A DNA stretch of 63,249 bases, filler included, from Kipferlia bialata (Eukaryota), in assembly GCA_003568945.1 (NCBI GenBank). It is 5 parts of 4 records of this genome, joined end to end, with 100 filler letters (N's around TTAATTAATTAA, not from the genome) between each part and the next. Parts side by side here need not be neighbours in the genome. Positions count along the whole stretch, not along the records: positions 45,271 to 54,855 come from BDIP01000042.1; positions 54,956 to 63,249 come from BDIP01000052.1; 3 more parts are not named here. One strand, written 5' to 3'. A model generated the notes under the pieces. It saw only the letters and a list, made by a program, of their open reading frames with translations, was not told where the DNA came from and made no database searches. Below, piece by piece: positions 52,422-63,249 of this stretch (its first letter is position 1; each line of letters begins with the position of its first letter). The translations under genes were made by a program, and so were the position numbers.

Positions 52422-54758
52422 CTGTCGTGCTGGATGGTGACCTTCAGCATCCAGTGCTTACCGGCACCCATGTGGGCTGTGGTCACGTCCTGCCTCAGTG
52501 TCCTGATGTCAGTATCAGTATCAGTATTAGTATCAGTATCAGTATCGATACTGAGAGATTGACATTGCTACTGTCACCTGATGTCCACTGTGCCTCCTGT
52601 GATCAATACAGCACCCCCTGTGAATGACTCGGGGGGGATGTGCTCGGCCACCTTGCCAAACATGAGGGCGGCAAGGCCTGGCGTGGGGGGGGGGGGAGGG
52701 AGTGCATATATACATAGAGTACATATAGCAGGGCACACCGACCTGAGACACTCCTCTTGGCACCGTGTGTGTGTGTGTACCCGAGGTTGAGGAGGTATGC
52801 GTGGCCGAGCTGCTCCTCCGTCAGATGAGAGACAGAGTGCACCAGGCCCATGGTCACCATGTAGTCGACTGAGAGGTAGGCTGTGAGGAGGGGGTCTGCG
52901 TGGAGCATGTAGGTGTGCAGCAGGGTCCTATCCTTGGCCATCACACTCCTGAACTCGACAGAGGAGAGGGAGATACCCTCCCCCGTGCCCTGGCTGTCGT
53001 GGGACATGCATGCAGAGACACACACCTTGGACGCCATCTCCTCGGACATGCCCAGGAACCTAGGTGTAAGTAAGTACGTCAAAAAAATATACAAATAACA
53101 CACATAAGAAATATGTATGGCACCTGAGGACACCGGAGAGTGTCTCTGAGGTGACAGTCATGGTCTCGATGGGGACACCTGGGACGGCAGAGGGCATCTC
53201 GTTCAGCCAGTCCTCAAGCACACCTGGGGGTGAGGGATAGTATATATGAAGAGAGAGAGAGTGAGAGGGCAAGGCCTCCAGCACACCTGGCGGTAATGGA
53301 CAGTGGTAGTATAGAGAGAGAGAGAGTATGAGGGTAAGGCCTCAAGCACCTAACACTCAATGATAGTGGTAGTATATAGATAGATAGAGTATGGGGCAGG
53401 GTATGTATACCTGAGGGGTGTGCGTAGTCGTGCTTGTTCCTGGTCCACCTGGCCTCTGCAGCATATGTCATGGAGGTCATGTCATGGGAGGACTGGGGGG
53501 TGAGGGTCATTCTATATATAAATAGAAAGAGAGAGAAAGAGAGAGATGGAGAGATGGAGAGATTCTGTCATGGAGGTCATGTCATGAGAAGACTGATGTA
53601 AGGGGTAAGAGAGACAGAGAGAGAGACATAAATATAGTCCCGCACCTCGATGTTGGCAGCTGGGGATGCACAGTGGATCCTGACTGGCTTGGATGGGACA
53701 CCGGCTGTCTCACAGGAGGCAGCATAGAGGGCAAAGGCGGCAAGGGTGCCAAACTCCCTGGATGTCAGTATATACCAGAGTACGTACCACTCATAAATGT
53801 ATATATATATATTGTATATGTATATTCGAATAGATACCTAGAGTTGAGCTTCCTGTTTGGCACCACCACGTCTGACAGCACGTCCTGGCCATCCACCACA
53901 CACTGGCCCTCCCACAGCTCCTGGGCGGCAGTGCCCAGACCAACCATGGCATACTCCCTCTCAGTCCCTGGAGGTAGGAGGGAAAGGAGGGGAAGTGAGA
54001 GAGAGAGAGAGAGAGATAGAGAGATAGCCAAGGCCCACCACGGCATACTCCCTCTCGGTGCCTAAAGGGGTAGGAAGGGAGGTGAAGTGAAGGAAGAGGG
54101 AGAGATTACGTACCTGGTGCCATGTAGAGCCCCTTGTCAGCGTCTGCCTCTGCCGCAGCCCTGGCAGCCTCCATGGTGTCCTGTCCATCCCCGTCGATGA
54201 AGACGACTGATGCCCACTTGCCACAGACAGGGGCCTCGGACATCTCACGGCCTGGGGTAAACGGGGGGGGGGGGTTATGGTTAGAGAGACTAGTGGGTAC
54301 TCAAGAGAGAGTCACTCATAGTCAAGAGAGAAGAGATTAGACACTATAGGACACTCTCTCACCGATTGTGCATGCCGTGTACATCTGGTAGAGCCCAGAG
54401 AGCCCCAGGGGCCTCCTGGCATCCACGTAGAGCACTGTCTTGAGCCTCATGTGGGAGGCCACGGTGGCAATCTCCAGCAGGTGGAGGGCCAGGAACGGGG
54501 CCTTCTCGGGAGAGTATGGGATGTGGATGGTCCTATCGGAGGAGCCCGGGGGAGGGGCAAAGAAGGAAGAGTCCAGACCGGCCTGGGGTGAGGGACTATA
54601 TCACTACATACAGAGGAAGAGACTCAGTCCATGGGTGAGTATACACAGACACCCACCGAGAGAGCGGCTCCGATGATGACACCGGCAAAGGCCCTGACGG
54701 AGATGTCTCCCATCCTCTGGATGTTCTCCAGCTTGACCACCCACTGGCCATCTAGGTC
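52422..54758 (-). CDS. Mirror copy of hypothetical gene 20625-22961
   Basis: Reverse complement, inside the duplicated contig. Confidence 0.6.
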
Positions 54759-54855
54759 CTAGGGGGAGAGGGAGAGAGAGAGAGAGAGAGAGAGAGAAGC
54801 ACAGAATGGGAGGGGGGGGGGGGGGGGGGGGTGGGTTGTTTTTTAGACAAAAAAA

Positions 54856-54955
54856 NNNNNNNNNNNNNNNNNNNNNNNNNNNNNNNNNNNNNNNNNNNNT
54901 TAATTAATTAANNNNNNNNNNNNNNNNNNNNNNNNNNNNNNNNNNNNNNNNNNNN
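54856..54955. other. Artificial assembly linker
   Basis: 44 N + TTAATTAATTAA + 44 N. Confidence 0.97.
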
Positions 54956-54988
54956 TATCTATATACTATATACATTCTCTATATATAC

Positions 54989-57529
54989 CTGCATGCGCTG
55001 CCACTGCCCTATCTCTGGGTCTAGGGACCAGCAGTCTCTGAGAATAGAGGCATCGTCTGTCCTGCCTCCTAGGGGGTAAGTATATGTATAATATTGTGAC
55101 TCTAGTATTTATGATACTGATACTGTCACTAGACCAGAGCAACAGCAGTCTCTAAGGAGAGAGGTATTGTTTAGTTTGCCTCCTAGGGGTGTGTATTCCA
55201 TTCAGAGTATACCCGCCATGTCATGATGTATCATATCTTAGCCAGGATACTTGAAGGTTTCATACTGGTTGTATCATACCACCCATGTATGCATCAATTG
55301 TATGAGTACTGACTCTTCGGTGCATATACATACAACACTGTATTTTACGTATACATATGGGGAAGGGGAGACAGTACCTGCAATGTAGAGACGGCCTCCC
55401 AGTGTCCACGAGGAGTGTCCGTATCTAACGTTAGAAAAGTAATAGAAATGTAGGTAGAAATATTAATTCTATAGCCTAACGACGAGTGGCCGTATCTAAT
55501 GTTATCACAGAACAGTAATTGGCTATTACTGTTACTAATGGTATCATAAGTAACCGTATACCACAATAGTCAAGACGACTATGAATGTAACCTATGTATA
55601 CAGCCTACTATATATAATCTACTATATGTATAATCTACTACATACGTAATCTACTATATATGTAATCACCTAGCACAAGGCCACTTGTCAGTCTCTCTCT
55701 CTCTCTTACACTCAGTCCACTCCTTGGTGATCAGGGAATACACCGCTAGCCGGGAGAGAGCACCCACTGATGTTAATTACTATATAGGTTATTGTATTTT
55801 ATATGTCTATTAGTTTCGTAACCAGATCACCTCCTGGGGTAAATACTTGTATATAGGAAGAGAGCGACATATCAACGAGCTGAGATATATTCATTATTTT
55901 GCCGTTGAATTCAAATGTATGTGTGTATATATGTCGTAATGGCAAAGATCTGTGTTTACATGGGGGGGGGGGCACGTACTTCGCTGGTTATCCCCTCCGA
56001 ACTGCAGTATGAAGTCTCCTATTCTAGTGCCAGGTGCATGAGCAACCTACTATGAGTGTTGTACACTTAATATACTATATTTTTATATATATTGTATATA
56101 TAGTATATTTGGTAAATATACATATATGTGAACTGCAGTATGAAGTCTCCTATTCTGGTGCCTGGTGCATGTGCAACCTATTCTAAGTGCATATAGTATG
56201 TATATACACTGTAAGCCATATGGTTTATATACTACATCTATTAACACATACTGCATACTATATATTAACAACTATTTGTATCTAGTGCCACGTGCATGCA
56301 CAAACTATTCTAAGTTAGAATCTAACTTAGAATTTCTTAGGGCATATATTCCATATATAGTACGTATGTAATGCAAACTAAATACACAACGCACACTACA
56401 TTTACAATATCTAAATACACATAGGAAGAAGAACTACAATGTATGGGAGGCAAGAGCAGCCCCAACTTGTTCTGAGTGAAAAGAAATATCAGTATAATAT
56501 CATTACTCATAATAGTAATAGTGTATATATTGTAAGAGTATATGTATAGAAACTCCCTATCTCTTTCCCTAATAGGGAGAGAGTAGGTGGGAAGAAGGCG
56601 TCATCATGTTATAGTAAATACAATACTAGATACTAATTATTACTTGTATATATATTGAGAGAGAGGGTGGGTGGGAAGAAGACATCATCAATATTCAATA
56701 TTTATTATTACAACTAATGTGTACCTCCATATCTGTGTGTCTACTTATAATATATATATATATATATATATACTATATATTGTATAGTATATTCAATATA
56801 TACTAATACAACTAATGTGTACCTCCATATCTGTGTCTCTACACCCTATATACTTATAAATATATACTTATAAGTATTACTTATATATATATATTATTCA
56901 ATACCACTAATCTGTACCTCCATATCTGTGTCTCTACAATCCAATTTGGGCTCACATGAGTAAGAGTAAGGTCCAGGGGCCTGCGGTGAAACGAGGTTCG
57001 CAGATACACCACAGAATAGGTCTTCTAATCTGAGCAGAGATTGGAAATTCCAATTTGGAATATATGATACATCATATCTCAACCACCAGGTCCATCAAAC
57101 TTGCACTCAAACCTTCTGGGTGCAAGTGAGGGTATACATATACATACACACACTCACACACACACACATATATATATATATACATATACATATTTATATA
57201 TACATATGCATACATACACACACATATATATATATGGGTATATGTCTACAAATACATTTGCATAATATGCATTGCACACATACATACATATATATGTGTC
57301 TATATACACATATGCATACTTTTACCTTCTGGGTGCAACTGAGGGTCACATGCGGGTAGTAGGGGAACCCATGCATGTTCTTTCCTGCAATCACTGCAGA
57401 ATACTCGTCTCCCGGAAGGAGAGAGGGGGATGGGGATACACCATCTGCTGAAAGGGTGCCACTGTATGCCAGACACACACACTCCCCCTTATGCTTCGCA
57501 TCATACTCTGTCCACTTGATATCAGGCAT
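54989..57529 (-). CDS. Kelch-repeat protein, intron-rich, 3' end lost at linker
   Basis: MPDIKWTEYDAKHKGECVCLAYSGTLSADGVSP...TQK|APGPYSYSCEPK...|VAHAPGTRIGDFILQFGGDNQR|..LAVYSLITKEWTECKRERETDKWPCAR|YGHSSWTLGGRLYIAG|GRTDDASILRDCWSLDPEIGQWQRMQ. Canonical Kelch R-x-x-H, GG, DxW and W motifs. Exon structure between 56.4 and 56.7 kb is unresolved. Confidence 0.8.
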
Positions 57530-58641
57530 CAACCTCTCAGAGAGACCAGAGAGAGCGATAGAGAAAGCTACAGGAGAGCAGCTTCATATCTCTCCGACTT
57601 TCCAGAATCGGAGATTTTTGCTCGCTCACACCCTTTTGTCATATTGGCCAGTGTCTCTCTACCATACATGGCTTGGCTTAATAGCCGCAAGAAACATAGA
57701 CGAGAATCATACAGGGTGTCTGGTCCAGACGCTGGGTGTTCGGACCGCTATGGATTCTCATTTCCAATATAACTTAGTTACCAGACAATCATACTTCTGG
57801 CTCTAGTCAGTTTTGGAACTGGCAGAAACATGAGTGTAATTATAGCCCCCCACATATTGATATGTGGCACTTACTGATATGAGTATAGGCAGCAGAGAGT
57901 TAATATACTAATGGATTCAGGCCAGCGCTATGCAGAATCGTGATCTCGTGACTGATAATATCAGTCTGATATACAGACATTTACACTCGTCTGAATCTAT
58001 CTTCCACTTCAACATCATAACGTACCTGAGTGCCAGTATATGTATACTGTCAACTACATTACTGCCCTGCATAAAGACGTACCTCTGTCTGCAATGCTGA
58101 AGTACTTATGCGCCTGATGTACTCTGTGGTCTGTGTGTAGAATCTGCGTATCTGCAGCATTCATATACATATGCACTGTAGGATACAATGTATACACACC
58201 CTTACCCCCTGACACTGCGGTGCACTGCTTCCCGGGTATTCATTCAAAATTCACTACGTGTAAGTAAAAGAGTATCACTATATCGTATAGTGACTATATA
58301 GTGACTATATATCACCCCCCAACCGAATTTCACAGCTATATCGAAACCGATCAAAGGGGTACCTCAGCCCCAAGACAGTCTATACTGTGTAGGTACTTCC
58401 ACTATATGCCTTGGGACAACATGCCCTAGCAGTGCTGTGACTGGTTTCTACTGTTGAGTCAACAGTATTGACTCAACACTGTTGAATCTATGCGCGTTTG
58501 AACATCATCCCTGAGAGAGCTCTATACAGTCCGGAGTGAAAACCTCTCGCTCGATAGAAACCATACTGCAGTAGAAGGCTATCATGACTCTTCGCCACTA
58601 CCGTGTGTCTTCTTTACCTAGCCTAAGGGATATATAGTCAG

Positions 58642-60888
58642 ATGGCTCGGATGACGGACCCTGTAACTGGACACCGCTATGACACACACACAGAGCAGCT
58701 GACACGTGACACATTTGAAGTTCCACAGCAGCTCTTAGTGGATAGAGGCGAGAGAGTATATGGCAACCCACTAACATGTGTGTACCTAGGCCCTCTCAGC
58801 GCTGATGGTGTCTCCCCCGCCGAAACACTAGAGGAAGGCCAGCACTACGTGTCAGACTGACACTGTCAGTGGTCATAGGAGGGCAAGGGCGTAGATCATC
58901 AGGCTCGCGTTTCTGCCAGACCAGCTGTGTGCTGTTGACCCTAGATACTGGGACTGGACACTGTCCAGTGGACACTGTCCAGTGGACAGTACACTTCCGA
59001 GGTGGTTCCAGGCGTTCCTGTCTCCGAGTGTGGTTTAGACCCCCTAACTGCCGTACGCAATGGTGACTCAGTGGTTGTTTTCGCTAGTTCTCATCAGATT
59101 AAGAAGCCCCGACAGAGTTATGGTTATTCTGAAGCCACGACACTTGTGAATGCTCTATACGTATATTCCATCAGGGACAAGACATGGAGAGTTGTGCCTA
59201 AGAGTGGAGAGTGGCCCAAAGGGAGAAAGAGTGAGAGTTCTTGGTGTCTCGGAGGGCGATTCTACATTGCAGGTGGCATGAACCAAACGGGTATGGCGCT
59301 GAATGACTGTTGGAGATTCGACTTCCTTTCAAATGAGTGGACCCAGCTTTCAAACGCCCCAGTGGCTTTCTGCTTATCCTGTACAGTGGCAGACCTCGAC
59401 ACTGTCCATTTGTTTGGAGGCTGCGGGTCATACGATGATACAACAGTATGCAAAATGCACGTAACATTCAAGAGGTCGTCTAATAACGCTGGGTATTGGC
59501 GTCAATGTGCTGATCTTCCCATAGTGGTGAGTGCAGCAGTTACTTTACAATATTGACCCATATTTAAGTAGGTAACACTATGTCGTACTCTGAGGATATT
59601 GCCCTGTTTCTGGGACGCATACATTGCAACTGTACTGTCTGTCCGACAGACTGTGCAAGACGACAGACTGTCGTCTTGCTTACGATAGGTGAACCGGATG
59701 GCAGGCCTTGTAGCCCAACCCGTTTTCATAAAACCCAATGTGTACCTCATGGGAGCTCTCAGACACCATCCTGACAACTCCAACAGAGGCTTAGATAGGT
59801 ATTGGTATGTCTCCAGGCTCGGTTCTGGAGAATGGATGCAAGTGATGACTAAGACACCTTATGCGGCGTACTGTTGTTGTGTTGCTGGACCGCGTACTAT
59901 CCTGGTACATCATGCATCAGGTAGGCAGGGGTGTCTGACGCTGTGGAAGACGGTTGAGAGCCCGTGGGAGAGAAAGAGGAGAATGGAGAGGGAACGTCAA
60001 CGTCAGACTGCAAGGCAGCGCAGCAGAGAGCAGCAGAGGACGAGCACAAGCACTCACACTCCTCCACATGTGTACCCCTACCCTCCTACAGACCACTCTA
60101 CAGACAGCAAGGCCACTAGTACACCAAGAGCTAACACTGGAGCTCGTCCAAGTATGTTCAACCGGCCACATGCTACCAGTTGGGGGAGCACTCACCCTGA
60201 GAGGCAGAGCATGCAAGAGAAGGCGAGAAAGAGGAGAGAGGAAAGAGAGAGAAAGAGCCAACATGAACAGGAACAGAAGCATGAGAGTGAGAGGCAGAGG
60301 GAGAGGGGGAGATCTGATAGTGCACAGCACTTACACCGGCAAGAGAGAGGGGATGCAGATGCCCGGGAGAGAGCTAGGAATTTCAGTGCCTGTACAGACG
60401 ACTATTACAAGGTACCTCACCCCGCTATCTGAAATTTCAAGGATACGTATATTTACTATACATATATACTCTAATTGTCACGTAGAATATGTTTGCTATG
60501 GCAGCTGCTCTCCAAGGCTAAGCATAGATACTTGGTGTCGCCCAGAGTTCAAGTCTCACAGAGATCAGCAAGGCCTTCCGGAGGCTAGCGCTCAAGTGGC
60601 ACCCAGGTCATATAGTTACATTGTTAGTATTGAATCTAGATGCACTGGTATTGATATAGAAATGATATATATTCCAACACACACCAGGTTCTGCAGCAGA
60701 ACCTCTGCTCGAATGCGCAATGTTACTTTAAAGGTATTTCTTACACCCCAGACCACAACCCAAACAGAATTGAGATGGCGTCTATGATGTTCAAGCGAAT
60801 CACAGCTGCCTATTCAGTGCTCAGGGAGCCTCAGGAGAGGGCCGCATACGACAAGTACTGCTGGATGCGGCTGTACGTGAACCAGTGA
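58642..60888 (+). pseudogene. Kelch-repeat + C-terminal DnaJ (J-domain) protein, frameshifted by hairpin footprints
   Basis: Kelch blades (WPKGRKSESSWCLGGRFYIAGG..NDCWRFD..W; VHLFGG). J-domain spliced over introns 60412-60527 and 60607-60751: DYYKILGVAQSSSLTEISKAFRRLALKWHPDHNPNRIEMASMMFKRITAAYSVLREPQERAAYD (HPD intact). Frameshifts at 58849-58870 and 58954-58989, and a further break at 59550-59690. Confidence 0.75.
58849..58989. mobile_element. Two putative DNA-transposon (hAT-like) excision footprints
   Basis: gtgtcag-actgacac-tgtcagt and ctggaca-ctgtccag-tggaca-ctgtccag-tggacag, i.e. T[1..7]+revcomp(T)+T[2..8] of an 8-mer. No element is present; transposon origin is inferred. Confidence 0.55.
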
Positions 60889-61113
60889 CCATGTGTAGGA
60901 GTGCCACTATATATTCAGCGCGCTTGGGGCTTTGAATACTTCTAGTGTTGAATAGACACTACTTAGTTCACTCCCAATGAAGCTTTGGGGTATATGAGGG
61001 ACTTGAACTGAGTAGCAGATTGAATTGTAGGGTGACAACGAATCGTTGACAACAATCTCCCTTACTCTGTGTTCCGTGTAGACTGTTGTGTCTCAATGAA
61101 ACGCAAACACGAT

Positions 61114-62800
61114 TTATGGCCCATGGTAGTTCGCAGCTGCCTCTCTCACCCTTTCCACATCCACGTGTAGTATGTAGTGCTTCCCATCCCACGTCACCAG
61201 GAAAGACGCGGGACCAACCTACTATCAACCGAGTGACCATATGCATAAATACACACACACACATATACACAAATAAGAATATACATAAGTGTATATCATT
61301 ATACAACACACATATCCTGCAGTAGTATATATATGGTAAATATTTGATACATATACTTGGAACCAACCTGTGCCCGGACCTCCCATGCACACTGGTCCTG
61401 TGGCACTGCCTGGAAGAGAGGGGACCACTGCCCCGAGACAGGATCCAGAGCACTCACTACATACCACCTACGTGCCGCAGCTGGGCCAAGCATTACGCAG
61501 ATGACTAGACTTCCCACTCTTATTAGAGATCTCTCCATGATACTGCCTCGAAAGTCCTGTAGAGCCCTCCTCCAACCACTCTCTGCTGTGTACTCATTGA
61601 AGATAACCGTGCACTCTGACTGCCGTCCTTCATACTCCATGATGGTGGCTGTTCCAGAGAAGAGGGTATCTCCTATCACGAACCGAACTGATCTCATCTT
61701 TCTCCGAAAGTGACGCCGCCAAGACCGTTTAATGACGCCGTGTCTTTGCTCTGTCCACTGCTGAGAGGTAGGATCGAAGGTCCAAGTGTGGCCGTGCTCA
61801 TAAAATACTAAAGCACCCCCAACATTGTATAGAGTCTGGTGGTGAGCACGAGATTCATGCAGCCAGTATTTGTGTGAACTGAGAAGCAGATACAAGCCAG
61901 CAATTACGCCAGAATGTCTCACTGTGACATACTATGATACTATGATAGTATGATACTATCACTCACCCCTGGTCCCTCTGGTCTCACCCCCTGCGCATGG
62001 CTGGTCCAGGTACCTGGGGTTAGTGTATCTATCTATCTATCTGTCTATCTATATACTAATATAACTATCTATATATCTATATCTATAATTATCTCTTCTT
62101 ATATTTATATATAGGCATAGTGAAGTAGAGTGAAGTGCATGGCTGGTCCAGGTACCTGAGGTTAGTGTATCTAATAGATACTATCAATAGCAACACCTGG
62201 GTCATTTAGTACAAGTGACAGAGAGAGGCAGGGATGGTGACAGAGGAACATAACACAAATGGAAATGGAAACTGAGATGTCACTGACACGTAAATCTAGC
62301 AGTTACTATCAGCACTGGTAATCTACCTGACTCATGGTTGAACATATATACATATACATATACATTCATATATATGCGTGTGCATCATCCATATATATAT
62401 ATATATATAGTGTATATACACATATTATACCTGACTCATGGTTGTACATCCACAGTTTCACAGGGTAGTCACCCAGGTCAAGAGTACCCCACTCCCCTCT
62501 GTGTCCATCAATCTCCTGCCTGATAAGATACGAGACCTCACCCACCCTCACACAGGAGGTATACTCAATCTCGGGACATCCCTTGCTCTCCTCTCCCCTC
62601 CGAAACACTGGCTTGCCCCCCTCCCCCTCTCTGTCCAGGGTGTATACGTATCCGTCGTGGGTGTTCAGGACTGACCCAGGCCAGAGAGGCATGGGGGAGA
62701 AGTGGGGTGAGGCTATCTCAACCTCTTCTAGCCACACGCATGCGTCTCTCGTTTCAACCAGATCTCTGATGGAGAGGGTTGGAAGTACACCGGGAGTCAT
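61114..62800 (-). CDS. Divergent Kelch-like / beta-propeller protein, 4 exons
   Basis: MTPGVLPTL...SCVRVGEVSYLI...KLWMYNHES|GTWTSH...PG|TLYNVGGALVF..TWTFDPTSQQW..FVIGDTLF..SALDPVSGQW..RAQ|VGPASFLVTW...NYHGP*. Repeated DP-x-S-x-x-W and VG/IG motifs. Confidence 0.7.
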
Positions 62801-63249
62801 GCTGGACACTTGTCCACTTTCTCTTTCTCTCTCTCTCTGTGTCTCTCCTGCTCTAGACTCTAGTGCCCCACTCTCTGTCTCTCTCTTTCTCTCCCCTCTT
62901 ACAGACTTTTGTCCCGACTATCACTATCAGCCAAACCTGGACGAGGAATTACTGGTACAGAAAGATACACTGTAGTGAGGTATATGAGGGTTACAGTGTA
63001 GAGACGCTAGCTATACATATAGAAAATGCCATACAGTATATGCAAAGGTAGAAGATCAGCTATGGATTCGTGATGGAGGCAGATTGATCCACTCTAGTAA
63101 GGAATACGAGGTTTGAAGGAGTACACTAGCAAAAATTGTATATAGTGTGATGGAGGTAGCTGGTGATAGGGAAAAGAGTGGGTGGGAGGGACTCCATACG
63201 GGAGAGAATGAGTGGGGGGGGGGGGGGGGGGGGGGTGTAAAGGGGGGGG

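Larger units (their letters stand above)
45271..54855 (-). repeat. Inverted copy (9585 bp) of 20528-30112; probably a redundant contig
   Basis: Mirror coordinates sum to 75383, mirrored ORFs in the track are identical, and both ends coincide with gap edges. Confidence 0.95.

Noticed and set aside
20528..54855. Giant inverted repeat as the arms of a large transposon or palindrome enclosing 30-45 kb
   Set aside because: Ends coincide with contig edges, the copies appear identical, and the content is ordinary gene fragments.
58452..58478. Paired AP-1-like sites (TGAGTCA/TGACTCA) as a promoter element
   Set aside because: Better explained as a decayed doubled hairpin footprint (ctgttga-gtcaacag-tattga-ctcaacac-tgttgaa).
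59954..60787. 277-aa ORF
   Set aside because: Alternative frame over the Kelch-DnaJ linker and introns; the J-domain is recovered only by splicing.
70..63051. Most ORF-track entries (YIYI, SLSL, ERER, poly-P/G peptides)
   Set aside because: Translations of microsatellite introns or antisense to real exons.
1..63249. tRNA, rRNA, snRNA or an intact transposase/RT
   Set aside because: None recognisable by eye; covariance-model and HMM searches were not possible.

Overview
Eukaryotic, very intron-rich protist DNA with (AT)n/(CT)n-rich introns and a branch point fused to the 3' splice site (YTNAC-C3-6-AG). The style resembles a free-living fornicate such as Kipferlia; this is inference. The window is five assembly pieces joined by artificial 100-nt N+TTAATTAATTAA+N linkers. 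45271-54855 is the reverse complement of contig 20528-30112, end to end, so it is most likely redundant. Genes spliced by hand: a UBE2H/Ubc8-type E2; a large unknown gene with C-terminal LRR-like repeats; an unknown gene apparently mis-joined at a poly-C run to the 3' part of a CstF-77/Rna14 HAT gene with a ~20x DPR tail; a PWP2 3' part; an Asteroid/XPG-type PIN nuclease; a bacterial-type YccF protein with introns; and three Kelch-like genes, one fused to a J-domain and disrupted. Two systems stand out. (1) Dozens of intronic 'exon echoes': partial copies of the adjacent exon end with its splice site, in strict polarity, differing from the real exon mostly at synonymous positions. (2) A recurring T[1..7]+revcomp(T)+T[2..8] hairpin-type footprint (+14 nt) that frameshifts ORFs; removing it restores the frames exactly.
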